This document shows positions 37,413 to 48,123 of a stretch of 64,000 nt of DNA, in pieces (position 1 is the stretch's first letter; the number at the start of each line of letters is the position of its first letter). This DNA is from Planctomycetota bacterium (GTDB taxonomy: Bacteria; Planctomycetota; Phycisphaerae; SM23-33): positions 16,694 through 80,693 of the forward strand of contig DAOVZK010000005.1 in NCBI GenBank assembly GCA_030635145.1, read 5' to 3'. The notes beneath the pieces were generated by a model. That model did not search any database. It saw only the letters and a program-made list of their open reading frames with translations, and had not been told where the DNA came from. A program made the translations under genes and the position numbers.

Positions 37413-38004
37413 ACCTTTCGTTGCCTGCTACATCTTTGCCCGTCGAACACAAAACACCCACCGCCTTTGCGGTGGCACGAGAACGCTCATAAACTCTGCC
37501 ATCGCCGCAAACAGCCCTAATTCCATTCGCTGTCGCATCAAAAGCAATTTTTACAAGTTCCCGCAGTTTTTGTATCCGTCGGCCGTGGCAATTCCGATAA
37601 CCCAGATTCGACCAGTGGTATATCCTTAAAAGGTCACATATTTGGTTTTTGTTCGTACTCATTATGTCCTAACATCGTCCAAACGTCAAGCCCGACGTTA
37701 GGGATTTGTTAAAAAATTTTGACTTTTTTTTTAACGGTCTTTGGAGCATACATAGAGACAGACACCCGCAGAGCAGTGCGGCCCCGCCCTTCTACATTCT
37801 CCATTCCTCGATTCCCATACCCAAGATATTGAATAGCTGGGTTAGTGCAGACACTACCCATAGACAATTATCGGTAAGGGCTGGTTTGGAACTCCACTAA
37901 AAGTCGCAAAAAAATTCCCCGAAAATCCGCGCACAAAAAAGCGGCCTGATTTTCTCAGACCGCCTTTAATTGCATGTTCGTGCAGAGCGCACGCGCCGCC
38001 GGGG

Positions 38005-38298
38005 CTATGCCCAGCCGTTATTCGGGTCGGTATCTTCAGAATCGCTACCGCTCCGCGGTTCCGGTGGTCGCATCTCCAGCATCTGCCTCAGATACCGGTT
38101 CTCCCGATGCGACGCTTCCAGGTCGAACATGAGATATTTTATTTGCAGCCGAAGCTGGTCGGCAACTTCATCGATACCAGCGACACCCTGCGACACATAC
38201 ACCCCCGCCGAGCAAGGTTCGTCTTCCGGGGTATCGAAAGAAAAATCAATGATATTCGACAATTCGAGCAATTTGTCTTTTAATAATGCATCATTCAT
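38005..38298 (-). CDS. Small coiled-coil hypothetical protein
   Basis: 97-aa ORF followed by a rho-independent terminator on the minus strand at about 37934-37965. Confidence 0.4.
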   Translation of the reverse strand: MNDALLKDKLLELSNIIDFSFDTPEDEPCSAGVYVSQGVAGIDEVADQLRLQIKYLMFDLEASHRENRYLRQMLEMRPPEPRSGSDSEDTDPNNGWA

Positions 38299-38513
38299 TT
38301 TTGGTGCGTCCTCTCTTAAAACAACGTGAATTTATTATACCACATTTTTTTATTTCGTGGGTTTTTGTAGCAAATTTTTTTGCCTTTCCACGGCCGACGC
38401 CTCCGCTGGCGTCATCTGGCATCTATATAGTAAAACGAGCAGGTGCGCAAAATAGTTCATTTTTTCTGCCGAGAACCTGGAAATTTCTGTTTTTTCCCGC
38501 AAAATAAGGGGTT

Positions 38514-39197
38514 ATGGCGATTTTAGGGAGGGCTGTTTTTTGCCTCTGTCAGCCCCGGCGGCGCTATTGCAATCTTATCCGCAGAGGTTATCATCACAGC
38601 GTGAGCGATTTGCCAATCGATAATTTGCCCAAGCTGATTTTGGGGTCTTCCAGCCCGCGGCGGTGCGACCTGCTGACCGCGGCCGGTTACGAGTTTGAGG
38701 TTGTTCCGCCCCACCTTCCCGAACCAACCGACTTACCCGCACACCTGTCGCCAATCGACTACGCTCAGCAGCTGGCGCATTTCAAGGCGCGCTGCGTGGC
38801 CGAGTCGCACGGTGATGCGTGCGTGCTGGGGGCAGACACGGTTGTCGCCGTTAACGGAAAAATTATCGGCAAGGCCGACGACGAAAAACACGCCACCGAA
38901 ATTCTCACCGAACTTTCGCACACTCCACACAAAGTAATTACCGGGCTTGCCCTGCTCGGGCCGGGGAAAAAGTTCAGCCTCGCCGCCGAGACAACCGTCG
39001 TTACGATGAAGCCGATGACCACGCGCGAAATTCGGGGCTACATCGATTCGGGTGAATGGATCGGCAAGGCCGGGGCCTACGCCATTCAGGAAACCGCCGA
39101 CCGCTTCGTCGAAAAAATCAACGGAAGCTTTTCAAACGTCGTCGGCTTGCCATTAGAGCTGCTGGCGCAACTCCTCAAACTTTCCCGCCGGTCGTAG
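38514..39197 (+). CDS. maf: Maf-like nucleoside triphosphate pyrophosphatase
   Basis: LILGSSSPRR ... LGADTVV ... KP ... AGAYAIQ. The true start is probably the GTG near 38592. Confidence 0.8.
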   Translation: MAILGRAVFCLCQPRRRYCNLIRRGYHHSVSDLPIDNLPKLILGSSSPRRCDLLTAAGYEFEVVPPHLPEPTDLPAHLSPIDYAQQLAHFKARCVAESHGDACVLGADTVVAVNGKIIGKADDEKHATEILTELSHTPHKVITGLALLGPGKKFSLAAETTVVTMKPMTTREIRGYIDSGEWIGKAGAYAIQETADRFVEKINGSFSNVVGLPLELLAQLLKLSRRS

Positions 39198-39230
39198 CAC
39201 GACAGGCAATAATGTAGCATCATCCCTTCT

Positions 39231-39306
39231 TGTCATTGCGAGCAAAGCGAAGCAATCTCATTTTCAGCCGTTTAGATTGCCGCGTCGCTACGCTCCTCGC
39301 AATGAC
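39231..39306. repeat. Palindromic 'TGTCATTGCGAG...' repeat element, copy B (inverted relative to copy A, minimal spacer)
   Basis: 39268-39306 is the exact reverse complement of 18058-18097. It is preceded by a GTCGTAGCACGAC hairpin at 39191-39203. Confidence 0.6.
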
Positions 39307-39437
39307 AAAACAGTTATCGCTTAGAGTCGGCGGGTGCCGTGGTTGCGGTGTTTGCAACCACGTTTGATCTGGGTGGCCTTCTCTTCATATTATCATGGTT
39401 ACACCCAAGGATAGAAAGGAGCGGGCAAATGATAGTT

Positions 39438-39839
39438 TTACCGAGCAGAAGATCCGCAGTGAGGGCATTTTGCAGCGTGGCTAACATCCCTGGCTACTGG
39501 CACGAGAATCTTTTTTGCGGAGTAACATGCTGGGCAAAGGTATGTCCCTGCCTTAATTCCTCTGTAATCTTCTTTAAGGATAGTGCTTCCAGACGTAATT
39601 TCTATTATCTTACTAATATCCTCAAAGGCTTCAAGTTCCGCATTTCGTTGCTTCAAACGCACGATTTCTTCATTGGCGTCAGCAAGTTCCAGCTTGACGT
39701 TAGCCGCAGCACTAATGATGTCAGCCAACATGGCCTTCAATTCTGCTTGTTTAAGAGAGTCCGCAATTTTCTTGGCTTCTTTTGTAAGAGAGATGAGCGT
39801 ACTGGCTGTCTGTACGGCAGTTGCAATTTCTGGAATCAT
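39438..39839 (-). CDS. Coiled-coil protein with a C-terminal zinc ribbon (CPAC ... CPHC), AT-richer
   Basis: 133-aa ORF whose stop overlaps the start of the upstream membrane-protein gene (ATGA). Confidence 0.45.
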   Translation of the reverse strand: MIPEIATAVQTASTLISLTKEAKKIADSLKQAELKAMLADIISAAANVKLELADANEEIVRLKQRNAELEAFEDISKIIEITSGSTILKEDYRGIKAGTYLCPACYSAKKILVPVARDVSHAAKCPHCGSSAR

Positions 39840-41071
39840 ATTTTTGTCCCTTTCCGAATGCTAGTTGGCTGGAGGGTAATTTCTTCCTGTTCCGCCTGCT
39901 CCAACGCTGCTTCCATTTCGGCGGGCTTGGGGAGTTTCGGCCCGGTGATGGCCACGACCAGACCCGGGAGCGACCAGAGAATCGGGATGAAGCGTGCCAG
40001 CATCGCCAGCGCGATAATCGCACTTGCCCCGACCGTGACGCTCGCAAACGCCCCAACGTAAAGATTCTCGACGATCCCCACCCCGCCGGGTGTTATCGGC
40101 ACTGCCCCGAGAATGTAAATCAGCGGGAGGTACACGAGGAACGTCAGCATCGCCGTATCCATGCCCATCGCTCGGCCGAGAAATCCGATCGAGCAAAACA
40201 TGCACAGGTGCGCGACGAATGTCATGCAGACGGCGGCGACGAGCGAACCCGGCCGGCTGCGATAAACACCGACTGCCTCACCGGCGGCCTCGAAGTGATG
40301 CGCTATCGGTAAGCGTTTGTAAAATTTATCGAGATGGCACCAGCGGCGCAGCGTAGCCGAGAGCATGAACACCAGTCCCCCGCCGAGGAGTCCCCCGACA
40401 ATCACAACTGTGATGACGGCCGGCCGCATTTTCTCCATCGACTCGAATCCGCACAGCAACACGATGCACAACATCACCGCTGCGATTATCGCCATCGCAA
40501 TCAGCCCGAGTATGCGGTCGAGAAAAATGCTCACCAAAACCGGGGCCGTCTTATGCTCGTGCTTGCTGACGTACCACGCCTTGACCAAATCGCCCCCCAC
40601 CGTACCCGGAACGATGTTGTTGAAGAACAACCCCAGATACGCCAGTCGCAGGACTTCCCACAGCGGAATCTTCACGCCCAATACGCGCAGCAGATACCAC
40701 CATCGCAGCGAGACGATGATGTACGTGCACCCGAACCCGACAATCGTCAGAAGTATCCACGAAACGCGGATGTCTTCGAAGCTGTTTTTGATTCCGCGGC
40801 GGATGAGTTGCGCACCGGCGGCGTCGCAGGATTTGATTTCGGCGTATGGCACTGTGCGGGTTTGGCCCCACCAGAGCATCCCACGCGATACGGAAAACTC
40901 GGCGGCGGTGTCGCTTTGCCCGTCGGTCAGCGTCCATGTTTGGCCCCCGAACTCCGGTCGCAGCTGAACGTAGTCGTTCCAGTGTGCCTTGGACAGCACC
41001 CACACCAGCAGGCCTACCGCCAGAACGATTTTCCCAACCAGCAATACTCGCTTGAGTTTTTTACTTTTCAT
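39836..41071 (-). CDS. Polytopic membrane protein, lysylphosphatidylglycerol-synthase-TM-like (UPF0104/flippase-like)
   Basis: Eight or more TM segments with GxxGG motifs typical of the LPG_synthase_TM family. The start at 41071 has an AAGGA RBS. Confidence 0.6.
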   Translation of the reverse strand: MKSKKLKRVLLVGKIVLAVGLLVWVLSKAHWNDYVQLRPEFGGQTWTLTDGQSDTAAEFSVSRGMLWWGQTRTVPYAEIKSCDAAGAQLIRRGIKNSFEDIRVSWILLTIVGFGCTYIIVSLRWWYLLRVLGVKIPLWEVLRLAYLGLFFNNIVPGTVGGDLVKAWYVSKHEHKTAPVLVSIFLDRILGLIAMAIIAAVMLCIVLLCGFESMEKMRPAVITVVIVGGLLGGGLVFMLSATLRRWCHLDKFYKRLPIAHHFEAAGEAVGVYRSRPGSLVAAVCMTFVAHLCMFCSIGFLGRAMGMDTAMLTFLVYLPLIYILGAVPITPGGVGIVENLYVGAFASVTVGASAIIALAMLARFIPILWSLPGLVVAITGPKLPKPAEMEAALEQAEQEEITLQPTSIRKGTKI

Positions 41072-41379
41072 CAGCGTCCTTGTTTCGACCCGGATTGTCG
41101 CGATCATGTTCACACGTGGTTACAAACACCGCAACCACGGCACCGGCCGCCACGATAATGCAACCCGCAGATTATATCCCCACACCCCCGCAGCTGAAAG
41201 ATATTAACCGCAAAAAGCGGCGTGTGATCTTCAGTAGGCTGGCATCTTTCCCTGTGTTATTCCGGGCTTGACCCGGAATCCAGGGGACTTAGTGCGACAT
41301 GGGAAATTTCCCTGGATGCCCGATCAAGCCCCCAGCGGGGGTTGCAAAAGGCATGACAAAAAGAATCGCATGGGTTCCA

Positions 41380-43884
41380 TCACGCCACATTTTGCCATTT
41401 GCGGCGGAGGTACCATTCCGTTGTCAGCAATACCACGAACGCGATAAACAGTATCGGGAAATTATACAATCTTCGTGTGCGGGCGGCCTTGCTGGTGGAA
41501 ATTTGCGACGAACCATCAAGCCCGATACCAGCGACGCGGGTTTGCTTCGCGATGATCTCGTCGAGCAGGTCGGGGAAGGCTGCGATGTCGGCGAATTTCC
41601 CGCGGGTGGCGTAGGCGATTTGCTGCAGCAGTTTGTCGTTTCGCGTGAGGTTCGCCAGTTCACCCGACCCGGCAAAAACGCTGACCGGCAGGGCTGCGAA
41701 ATTCGGATGGATATCCACTGGTGCGCCGGTAAGTTTAACGACGTATCGCCCCGGACTTTTCGGCGTCCAGCTGCCTTTATACAACCCGCGTGATGCCCCC
41801 GGTTCAAGCGTAATCGTTTCGAAGGTTTTGTCACCAGCCAAAACGTCGCACGTAATTTTTGCATTCTCACCTGCCGGCGCGGCACTCGGGTCGCGCGTAA
41901 CCTGCACGGTAACACCAAGCGGTTCGGCACCGACGCGTGCATGATTGCTACTGACCCGCAAAACCGCTGCCCCGCCACCGCTTTTAGTTTTCGCATCCAC
42001 ACCCGCAACCCATCGCACCATCTGTCCCCAAAATCGAAAATACGGACTCTGTTGCCCCATCGATCGCATCGGGAGATACCACTTCCACGTGGTGTCGGCA
42101 GTGAAGGCAACGCTGCGTCCTGCCCCGAATTTTTGCACGGTGAGCGTCACGAGCGGGCTATTCGCATTGCTGTCGTTGGGATCGATGGCGAGTGTCTCGG
42201 CGGCGCGTTTGGCGCGGGTAACTCGCACGCATCCGCTAAGTGGTGGAAGCTTTGGCAGCGCCGCATCTGGCGCACGCCCGCCGGGGCCTGGAAAGAACCC
42301 CGCTATCCCCGCAAAAATCGGATGCGCCTCGCCAGCTGCCGTCAGTTGCGGAACAAACGCAACGGAACTCTGCTGATTACCGTCGTCGCGCGGCGGGATT
42401 TCTACAGGCAGTATGTCGGCTAGTGGCGTGGCGGCGTATCCACCGGCCCCGAAACTATTTCGCCCGCCGAGCATTATCACGCCCCCACCATCAGACACGA
42501 ATTTCTTCAGCCCCGCCAGCTGCGACTCGGTGAAAAACGAACTGTCGATATCCCCGAGGATAATCACGTCGAACATAGCGAACTGCTTATCATTTTGCGG
42601 CAACCCAGCCAGTTGCTTTCCGTCGATTGAACCCTGTGCCCAGAATTTATTTTCAGCCACCCGCACCAACCCAAAAAATTGCACATTGGGATCGCTCTGC
42701 AGCATACGTTGCAGGTATTTGTACTCGGGGCGAATCGTGCCCTCTACATAAAGCACGCCCAGCTGCGGGTTCGTCACGAGCATGTGCAATTCGCTGGTGT
42801 TGTCGGAGAGGTTCGTTTCCTGCGGGGCGGTGGTGGCGGAAATTCGCAACTTGCAAAGCCCCGGTTTGCCGGTGGTGGTGAAAATTCGCGGTGTCCATTT
42901 TAGCGTAGCGGTGAGGGTTTCGGAGTCGGCGGTAGGAGTGATGGTCGTTTCGGCGGTGGCCGTTGTGGCGTCGGCCTCGAAAAGCTTAACCGTGCACAGC
43001 TGACCCGCAAGATTCGTCGCCGCTAAATTAACGGTGAGTTCCGCAGCGTTATTCCCCGAAGCCGCCATCGGTGCGTCAACCCCGAGCAATTGCAGATTCG
43101 TTGCCCCACTCCCCGCGCGCGTCTGCTGCGACCCAACACCAAGCGTGTAAACCGGAACCTTCAGCTGGGTGCCCGCGGTGATGGGATCAGGGCCGTTGTT
43201 GATACCGTCGCTGATTAGCACGACGGCGGTGAGTCCTTCGGGTTTGGGATTGGCGATGACATCGAGGGCGGCGGAAAAATTCGTTGCCTCCGACCCGCCC
43301 CCGCTCGGTGACAGCTCGGCCAGTGCGCCGAAAGATTCGACCCTATCCGCCCCCGATCCAAAACCGTACCAACTCGTGCGAAAATTTTTCTCTATACGTT
43401 TCTGCTGCGAGCGGAGCATACGCAAACTTTGCGAGTATCGATCCGGGGTCGAAGGTTCGTCGATAACGCCCATCGAACCCGAGCGGTCGACAGCTATCGC
43501 GATCAGCCCGCGGGTATCGGTATCCCCAAGCGGAAGGATAATCGCGGGTTTAAGCAGAATCAGCAGCAGCGCGAAAATCGCAGCTCCCCGCAACAGCAAA
43601 AGCAGCGTCCATTTTTTCGGCCCAAGCGAAGAGTAGCTCGAAACGTAAACGCCCACCATAACGGCGAGCAGCTGAACGATCAGCACCGGAATTTTCGCAC
43701 CCGGAAAAAACGCTGACAGCACAATCAGCAGACCCGCCGCGAGCAATCCGCCGCCGCTGGCCCATCGCCGCCGTCCCATCTGCACCGAACCCAATGTGCA
43801 CAACACCAGCGACACCCCTATCAGGATCGTCCAGATAGGGACAAGCTCCCCGCCGCCGTGAAAATCCAACACCATTGCGATCAT
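41380..43884 (-). CDS. Large membrane protein with a vWA domain and a C-terminal ThuA/GATase1-like domain (BatA-like)
   Basis: N-terminal TMs; vWA DRSGSM ... SDG; C-terminal VIILGDIDSSFF ... GGGVIMLGG ... LADILPV. Confidence 0.6.
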   Translation of the reverse strand: MIAMVLDFHGGGELVPIWTILIGVSLVLCTLGSVQMGRRRWASGGGLLAAGLLIVLSAFFPGAKIPVLIVQLLAVMVGVYVSSYSSLGPKKWTLLLLLRGAAIFALLLILLKPAIILPLGDTDTRGLIAIAVDRSGSMGVIDEPSTPDRYSQSLRMLRSQQKRIEKNFRTSWYGFGSGADRVESFGALAELSPSGGGSEATNFSAALDVIANPKPEGLTAVVLISDGINNGPDPITAGTQLKVPVYTLGVGSQQTRAGSGATNLQLLGVDAPMAASGNNAAELTVNLAATNLAGQLCTVKLFEADATTATAETTITPTADSETLTATLKWTPRIFTTTGKPGLCKLRISATTAPQETNLSDNTSELHMLVTNPQLGVLYVEGTIRPEYKYLQRMLQSDPNVQFFGLVRVAENKFWAQGSIDGKQLAGLPQNDKQFAMFDVIILGDIDSSFFTESQLAGLKKFVSDGGGVIMLGGRNSFGAGGYAATPLADILPVEIPPRDDGNQQSSVAFVPQLTAAGEAHPIFAGIAGFFPGPGGRAPDAALPKLPPLSGCVRVTRAKRAAETLAIDPNDSNANSPLVTLTVQKFGAGRSVAFTADTTWKWYLPMRSMGQQSPYFRFWGQMVRWVAGVDAKTKSGGGAAVLRVSSNHARVGAEPLGVTVQVTRDPSAAPAGENAKITCDVLAGDKTFETITLEPGASRGLYKGSWTPKSPGRYVVKLTGAPVDIHPNFAALPVSVFAGSGELANLTRNDKLLQQIAYATRGKFADIAAFPDLLDEIIAKQTRVAGIGLDGSSQISTSKAARTRRLYNFPILFIAFVVLLTTEWYLRRKWQNVA

Positions 43885-44192
43885 CGTCAATACTTTCGCA
43901 TAAAGCGTCGATATCTGCACGAAAGTTTTCGGGAGGCTGGGAGATTTCGGGAGATTTGGGCATGTGGGGTAGAGGCCTGAGCGGCGAAAACGAAAAAAAA
44001 CCGACAACCCACTACCGCTGGGCATCCGGTAAGGTTAGAATACGTAGCTGGGTTTTAAATGTCACACGGGTTGAGGTATTGTCATGATGAAAATCTTTCT
44101 ATCGTCACAGGCCTGCAAATTGAGTTGTCGCACACATGGGCGGGTCAGCTTTGGGGTATCAATCGCAACACAGCTGCGCATTTTGGTGCAGA

Positions 44193-45470
44193 ATGTCGAG
44201 GGGGCCGATCGTGAGTAAATCTGATTCACTGAAAAATAAATACGCCAAGAATCTCAAGAGCGTCGCGAGTGAAAAAACCGACGCCGACAAAATCCTTCTG
44301 CTGTCGGATGAGGATCTGGCACGCGAGCTGGTTCTGCGTCTCGACGGTACAGAGCTGACCTGCGTTTGCAACGAAGACGAGGCGTTGGCGGAACTGTCGC
44401 GGCGGACGTATTCCACGGTTATGCTGGCGGCTAATCGCGAAAATCTCGAAGATATAACGGCGGCGATTCGCAAGCTAAACACTCACGCGAAGCTGCTGGC
44501 GATTTGCGAAACCCATCACGACCCAGCCGAGGGCTTGTCGGACTATTTCGACTTCGTTTGCAAGGTTCCGACGACGCGCGTTGAGGCTCAGAGATTGCTG
44601 CGCGAAATTGACGGTGATAAAGATGTGGCGCCATCGACAAATATCGATCTGGAACTTCCGCTGCTGTCGGAACTGATATCGGGCACGAGCGATACGGAAA
44701 GTCTCGAGGCGGCGATCATCAGCGTCCTTAAACGAAAACTCAACGCCGATCTGCAATGGGTAAAACCCGACGAGCTACCGCAAGGGGCTGCGGCGTTGCT
44801 GACGAACCCGGCGACGGAATCTTTGCTGATCGTCAACGCCCTCGCGAATCTGCCTGACGGTTGCGAAAAAATGCTCGACGATTTTCAGCAACTGCTCAAC
44901 CCGCTGTGTGCCGTAACCCGCCGCATGGAAGCACTGCACTGCCTCGCAATTACCGACTATCTCACCGGTGCTTACAACCGCCGCTACTTCTACTACCTCG
45001 TGGACAACATTCTTCGCGAGTCTCGCACGGAAGATTTTCGCGCAACGCTGCTGCTGTACGACATCGACAATTTTAAGCAGTACAACGACCAGTTCGGACA
45101 TGCCGTCGGTGATGAAATCCTTCGCGATACCGCCGCCATGATGAAAAGCATTTCGCGCGATCAGGATATCGTCGCCAGAATCGGCGGTGATGAATTTGCG
45201 GTGCTGTTCTGGGATCGCGGGCTGCGGTCACCAACATCAAAACAGTTAGAAGATGCCCTGGATCTTGCCGACCGCTTCCGCAAGGCCGTCGAGAGTTTGG
45301 AGTTTGAATCGCTCGGGCCCTCAGCCGGCGGTGCACTTACAATTTCGGGCGGGTTGGCAAACTTCCCGGAGCACGGGCAAACATGTCTGGAGCTGCTGCG
45401 GCAAGCCGACCGCGGGCTGCGAGACGCGAAAAAATCCGGTAAAAATAACGTTCGATTGGTTGGTGAATGA
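44193..45470 (+). CDS. GGDEF-domain diguanylate cyclase with an N-terminal receiver-like/sensory region
   Basis: YNRRYF ... DIDNFKQYND ... GHAVGDEIL ... RIGGDEFAV. Confidence 0.8.
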   Translation: MSRGPIVSKSDSLKNKYAKNLKSVASEKTDADKILLLSDEDLARELVLRLDGTELTCVCNEDEALAELSRRTYSTVMLAANRENLEDITAAIRKLNTHAKLLAICETHHDPAEGLSDYFDFVCKVPTTRVEAQRLLREIDGDKDVAPSTNIDLELPLLSELISGTSDTESLEAAIISVLKRKLNADLQWVKPDELPQGAAALLTNPATESLLIVNALANLPDGCEKMLDDFQQLLNPLCAVTRRMEALHCLAITDYLTGAYNRRYFYYLVDNILRESRTEDFRATLLLYDIDNFKQYNDQFGHAVGDEILRDTAAMMKSISRDQDIVARIGGDEFAVLFWDRGLRSPTSKQLEDALDLADRFRKAVESLEFESLGPSAGGALTISGGLANFPEHGQTCLELLRQADRGLRDAKKSGKNNVRLVGE

Positions 45471-46765
45471 TGCGTCGGTACATGTGTAGAGTTTACGTTG
45501 CAGTTTTTTCACTGGTTTTGGTGTGCTGTTTTGCGGATCGAAATCTTCGCGCTGCCGACTCCGACGACATGATTCGTATCCGCGCGAAGTATCACATCAT
45601 TTACACCGATATGCCACGCGAGATGATCTACGAAGCCATTGCACGCCTCAATGCGATGGCCGAGCAGTATAATCAGCGTACCAAGGGGTTCGGGGGCAAG
45701 ATTTCGCGGCGGCTATCGTTTTACATGTTCAGCACATATGACGGGTACCTCAACTCTGTCGGGCGACAATTTCGCGGATCGGTCGGAATTTACAACCCCA
45801 ACACAAAAACTCTCAAGGCCGCCGCCGACACCTCGAAATTTACCGAAGGGCAGATATGGCACACCATTCAGCACGAAGGATGGCACCAGTTTGCCAACAT
45901 GGTCGTATGCAAAAACAAACACCAGTTGCCAGTCTGGTTAGATGAGTCGCTGGCTGAGTATTTCGGCGAGGCCGTCTGGACGGGCGACCGTTTGGTTTGC
46001 GGTATAATAGACGTCGAGGGCCATCAGCAGAAAAGGGGCAACAAAATTTACATGGTTCCACGACGTTTGGGGCGGATTCAGAAGAATATCGAGGACAAAA
46101 AATTCCGAAGCTTTGCGGATATGATCGAAATGTCCCACAGCAGATGGAACAACGATATGAACGCCCAAAATTACGACCAGGCATGGTCGATGGCGCATTT
46201 TTTCATCCACGCGAAAGATGGAAAGTACCGCAAGGCGTTTCAGAAATACATCGAAGACATGGCTGGGGGTAAGCGGAAATCGCTACCGGCGTTTCGCAGG
46301 CGGTTCAAAACAAATATCACGACCCTGCAGCAGGAGTACAACAAATGGTGGACGGACTTAAAGGGCGATCCCACGGCGCAGCTGCGTAATGTAATCATGC
46401 TCGAGACGCTGATGGCGTTTCTCGGGCGGGCCGACATGCAGGGTATTCGGAATATTCGGGAAAAGAACTTCGAGACAGCTGACGAGTTTTTCTCCGCAGC
46501 ACGCGACGGAAAATGCGACCTGAATATAAACAATCGCAAAATTCGCGCGATGTGGCTACCCCGGTCGCTGCTCAAGCGAGCACTCAACAGAGTCAAGAAA
46601 CATCCCGAATGGAAGTGGGAGCTTGAAACAGACCGCAAGGGCAGACCGCAGCTGCAACTCACAACCCCCGACGGAACCGTCTACTTGTGCAAATACACAC
46701 CGAAGCTCGACAAAAAGGGTAAAAAAATCGGCGTCAATGCAGTGGTGGAAGTAACTGAGAAATAG
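45467..46765 (+). CDS. Secreted HExxH-motif protein (putative zinc metallopeptidase; resembles the planctomycete DUF1570 family)
   Basis: Signal peptide; HEGWHQF and a downstream E (DESLAEYFG). Confidence 0.45.
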   Translation: MMRRYMCRVYVAVFSLVLVCCFADRNLRAADSDDMIRIRAKYHIIYTDMPREMIYEAIARLNAMAEQYNQRTKGFGGKISRRLSFYMFSTYDGYLNSVGRQFRGSVGIYNPNTKTLKAAADTSKFTEGQIWHTIQHEGWHQFANMVVCKNKHQLPVWLDESLAEYFGEAVWTGDRLVCGIIDVEGHQQKRGNKIYMVPRRLGRIQKNIEDKKFRSFADMIEMSHSRWNNDMNAQNYDQAWSMAHFFIHAKDGKYRKAFQKYIEDMAGGKRKSLPAFRRRFKTNITTLQQEYNKWWTDLKGDPTAQLRNVIMLETLMAFLGRADMQGIRNIREKNFETADEFFSAARDGKCDLNINNRKIRAMWLPRSLLKRALNRVKKHPEWKWELETDRKGRPQLQLTTPDGTVYLCKYTPKLDKKGKKIGVNAVVEVTEK

Positions 46766-46899
46766 CGGCGACTCTCAAATTTCAATTTCGTCGATTTTCA
46801 TCCCCCGTCCTGCCGATAACTATGTAAGGATGATTCCCTGGGTGCGCGTGGGAAACATCCGTTAACATAAACGAACGATTATCCAGTGAAAGGTGCGTA

Positions 46900-48111
46900 A
46901 TGATGATTGGTACGTCGCGATATATTGCGATTATGGCTGTCGTGTTGGTTGCGGTTTTGGGCGGATGCAAAAAAAAGCCCCCACCGGCGCCACCGGGGCC
47001 TAAGGTTACGGTCGCGGTTCCCACAATCCAAACCGTCACACGTTATTACGAATTCACCGCCCGCACCCAAGCCGTCGCCACCGTCGAGCTGCGTGCCCGC
47101 GTCAAAGGATTCCTGCAATCGGTAAACTTCCGCGACGGTGCCGTCGTCAAAAAAGGCGACCTGCTATTTGTGATCGAACCCGAACAATATCAGGCGGCGG
47201 TGGATCAGGCACAGGGCAGACTCGAAAACTGTCAGGCCAAATACCGCGACGAAAAATTCAACTATGGGCAATACAAAAAGTCGTACGAGAAAAAAGTTGC
47301 GACCATAACCGAACTGATGAACGCCAAGACGGCCTACGAAACATCCAAGGCCAACGTCGACAGCGCCAAGGCCGACCTGGAAAACGCGAAAATCAATCTC
47401 AGCTACACCCACGTCTACGCACCCGTCGACGGAAAAATGTCCCGCCATATGGTTGACATCGGCAATCTTGTCGGCGACGGGTCGGCCACGCTGCTGGGAA
47501 CTATCGTCACGCAAAAACCGATCTACGCATATTTCTACATCAGCGAACCGCAATGGCTATCAGCGGCGGCGCACGCCGAGCAGCAGAAAATTAAGCTCAT
47601 CAAGGAAGGCAAACCACTCGAAAGCGAAAAAAAATATCCGGTCTCGCTACGAGTGTCGGATGAAGAAAACTTCCCGCATAAGGGCCATCTCGATTACCTG
47701 TCCAATCAGGTGCAGTCCAGCACGGGCACGATCCAGACCCGCGGGATTTGGCCGAACGAGGACGGGAAGCTAATCCCCGGAATGTTCGCCCGCGTCCGAA
47801 TTCCCATCAGCCACGACGAAAACGCCATGACCGTCCCCGAAGCTGCACTCGGGCGAAACCAGTTCGGGGCGTTTTTGCTTGTCGTCAACGACAAGAATAT
47901 CGTCGAGCAACGCCGCGTAAAAATCGGCCCGGTGGAAAAAGGCATGCGAGAAATCACCAGCGGAATAACCGCAAAGGACCATGTGATAATCGACGGGCTG
48001 CAACGCGCCCGGCCTGGGAATCCGGTGACCCCGGAACTGAAGCAACCACAACCGCCCGCCAGCGGCAACGATAAAAATCCCACAACGAATCCAACGACCA
48101 AACCCGCATAG
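46900..48111 (+). CDS. RND efflux periplasmic adaptor (membrane fusion protein)
   Basis: Lipobox LGGC; biotinyl-lipoyl-like, beta-barrel and hairpin regions typical of AcrA/HlyD. Confidence 0.8.
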   Translation: MMIGTSRYIAIMAVVLVAVLGGCKKKPPPAPPGPKVTVAVPTIQTVTRYYEFTARTQAVATVELRARVKGFLQSVNFRDGAVVKKGDLLFVIEPEQYQAAVDQAQGRLENCQAKYRDEKFNYGQYKKSYEKKVATITELMNAKTAYETSKANVDSAKADLENAKINLSYTHVYAPVDGKMSRHMVDIGNLVGDGSATLLGTIVTQKPIYAYFYISEPQWLSAAAHAEQQKIKLIKEGKPLESEKKYPVSLRVSDEENFPHKGHLDYLSNQVQSSTGTIQTRGIWPNEDGKLIPGMFARVRIPISHDENAMTVPEAALGRNQFGAFLLVVNDKNIVEQRRVKIGPVEKGMREITSGITAKDHVIIDGLQRARPGNPVTPELKQPQPPASGNDKNPTTNPTTKPA

Positions 48112-48123
48112 CAGAGTAAGCGA

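Noticed and set aside
40334-41158. 274-aa plus-strand ORF (His/Arg/Gln-rich)
   Set aside because: Antisense to the polytopic membrane-protein gene 39836-41071; the composition is typical of an artefact.
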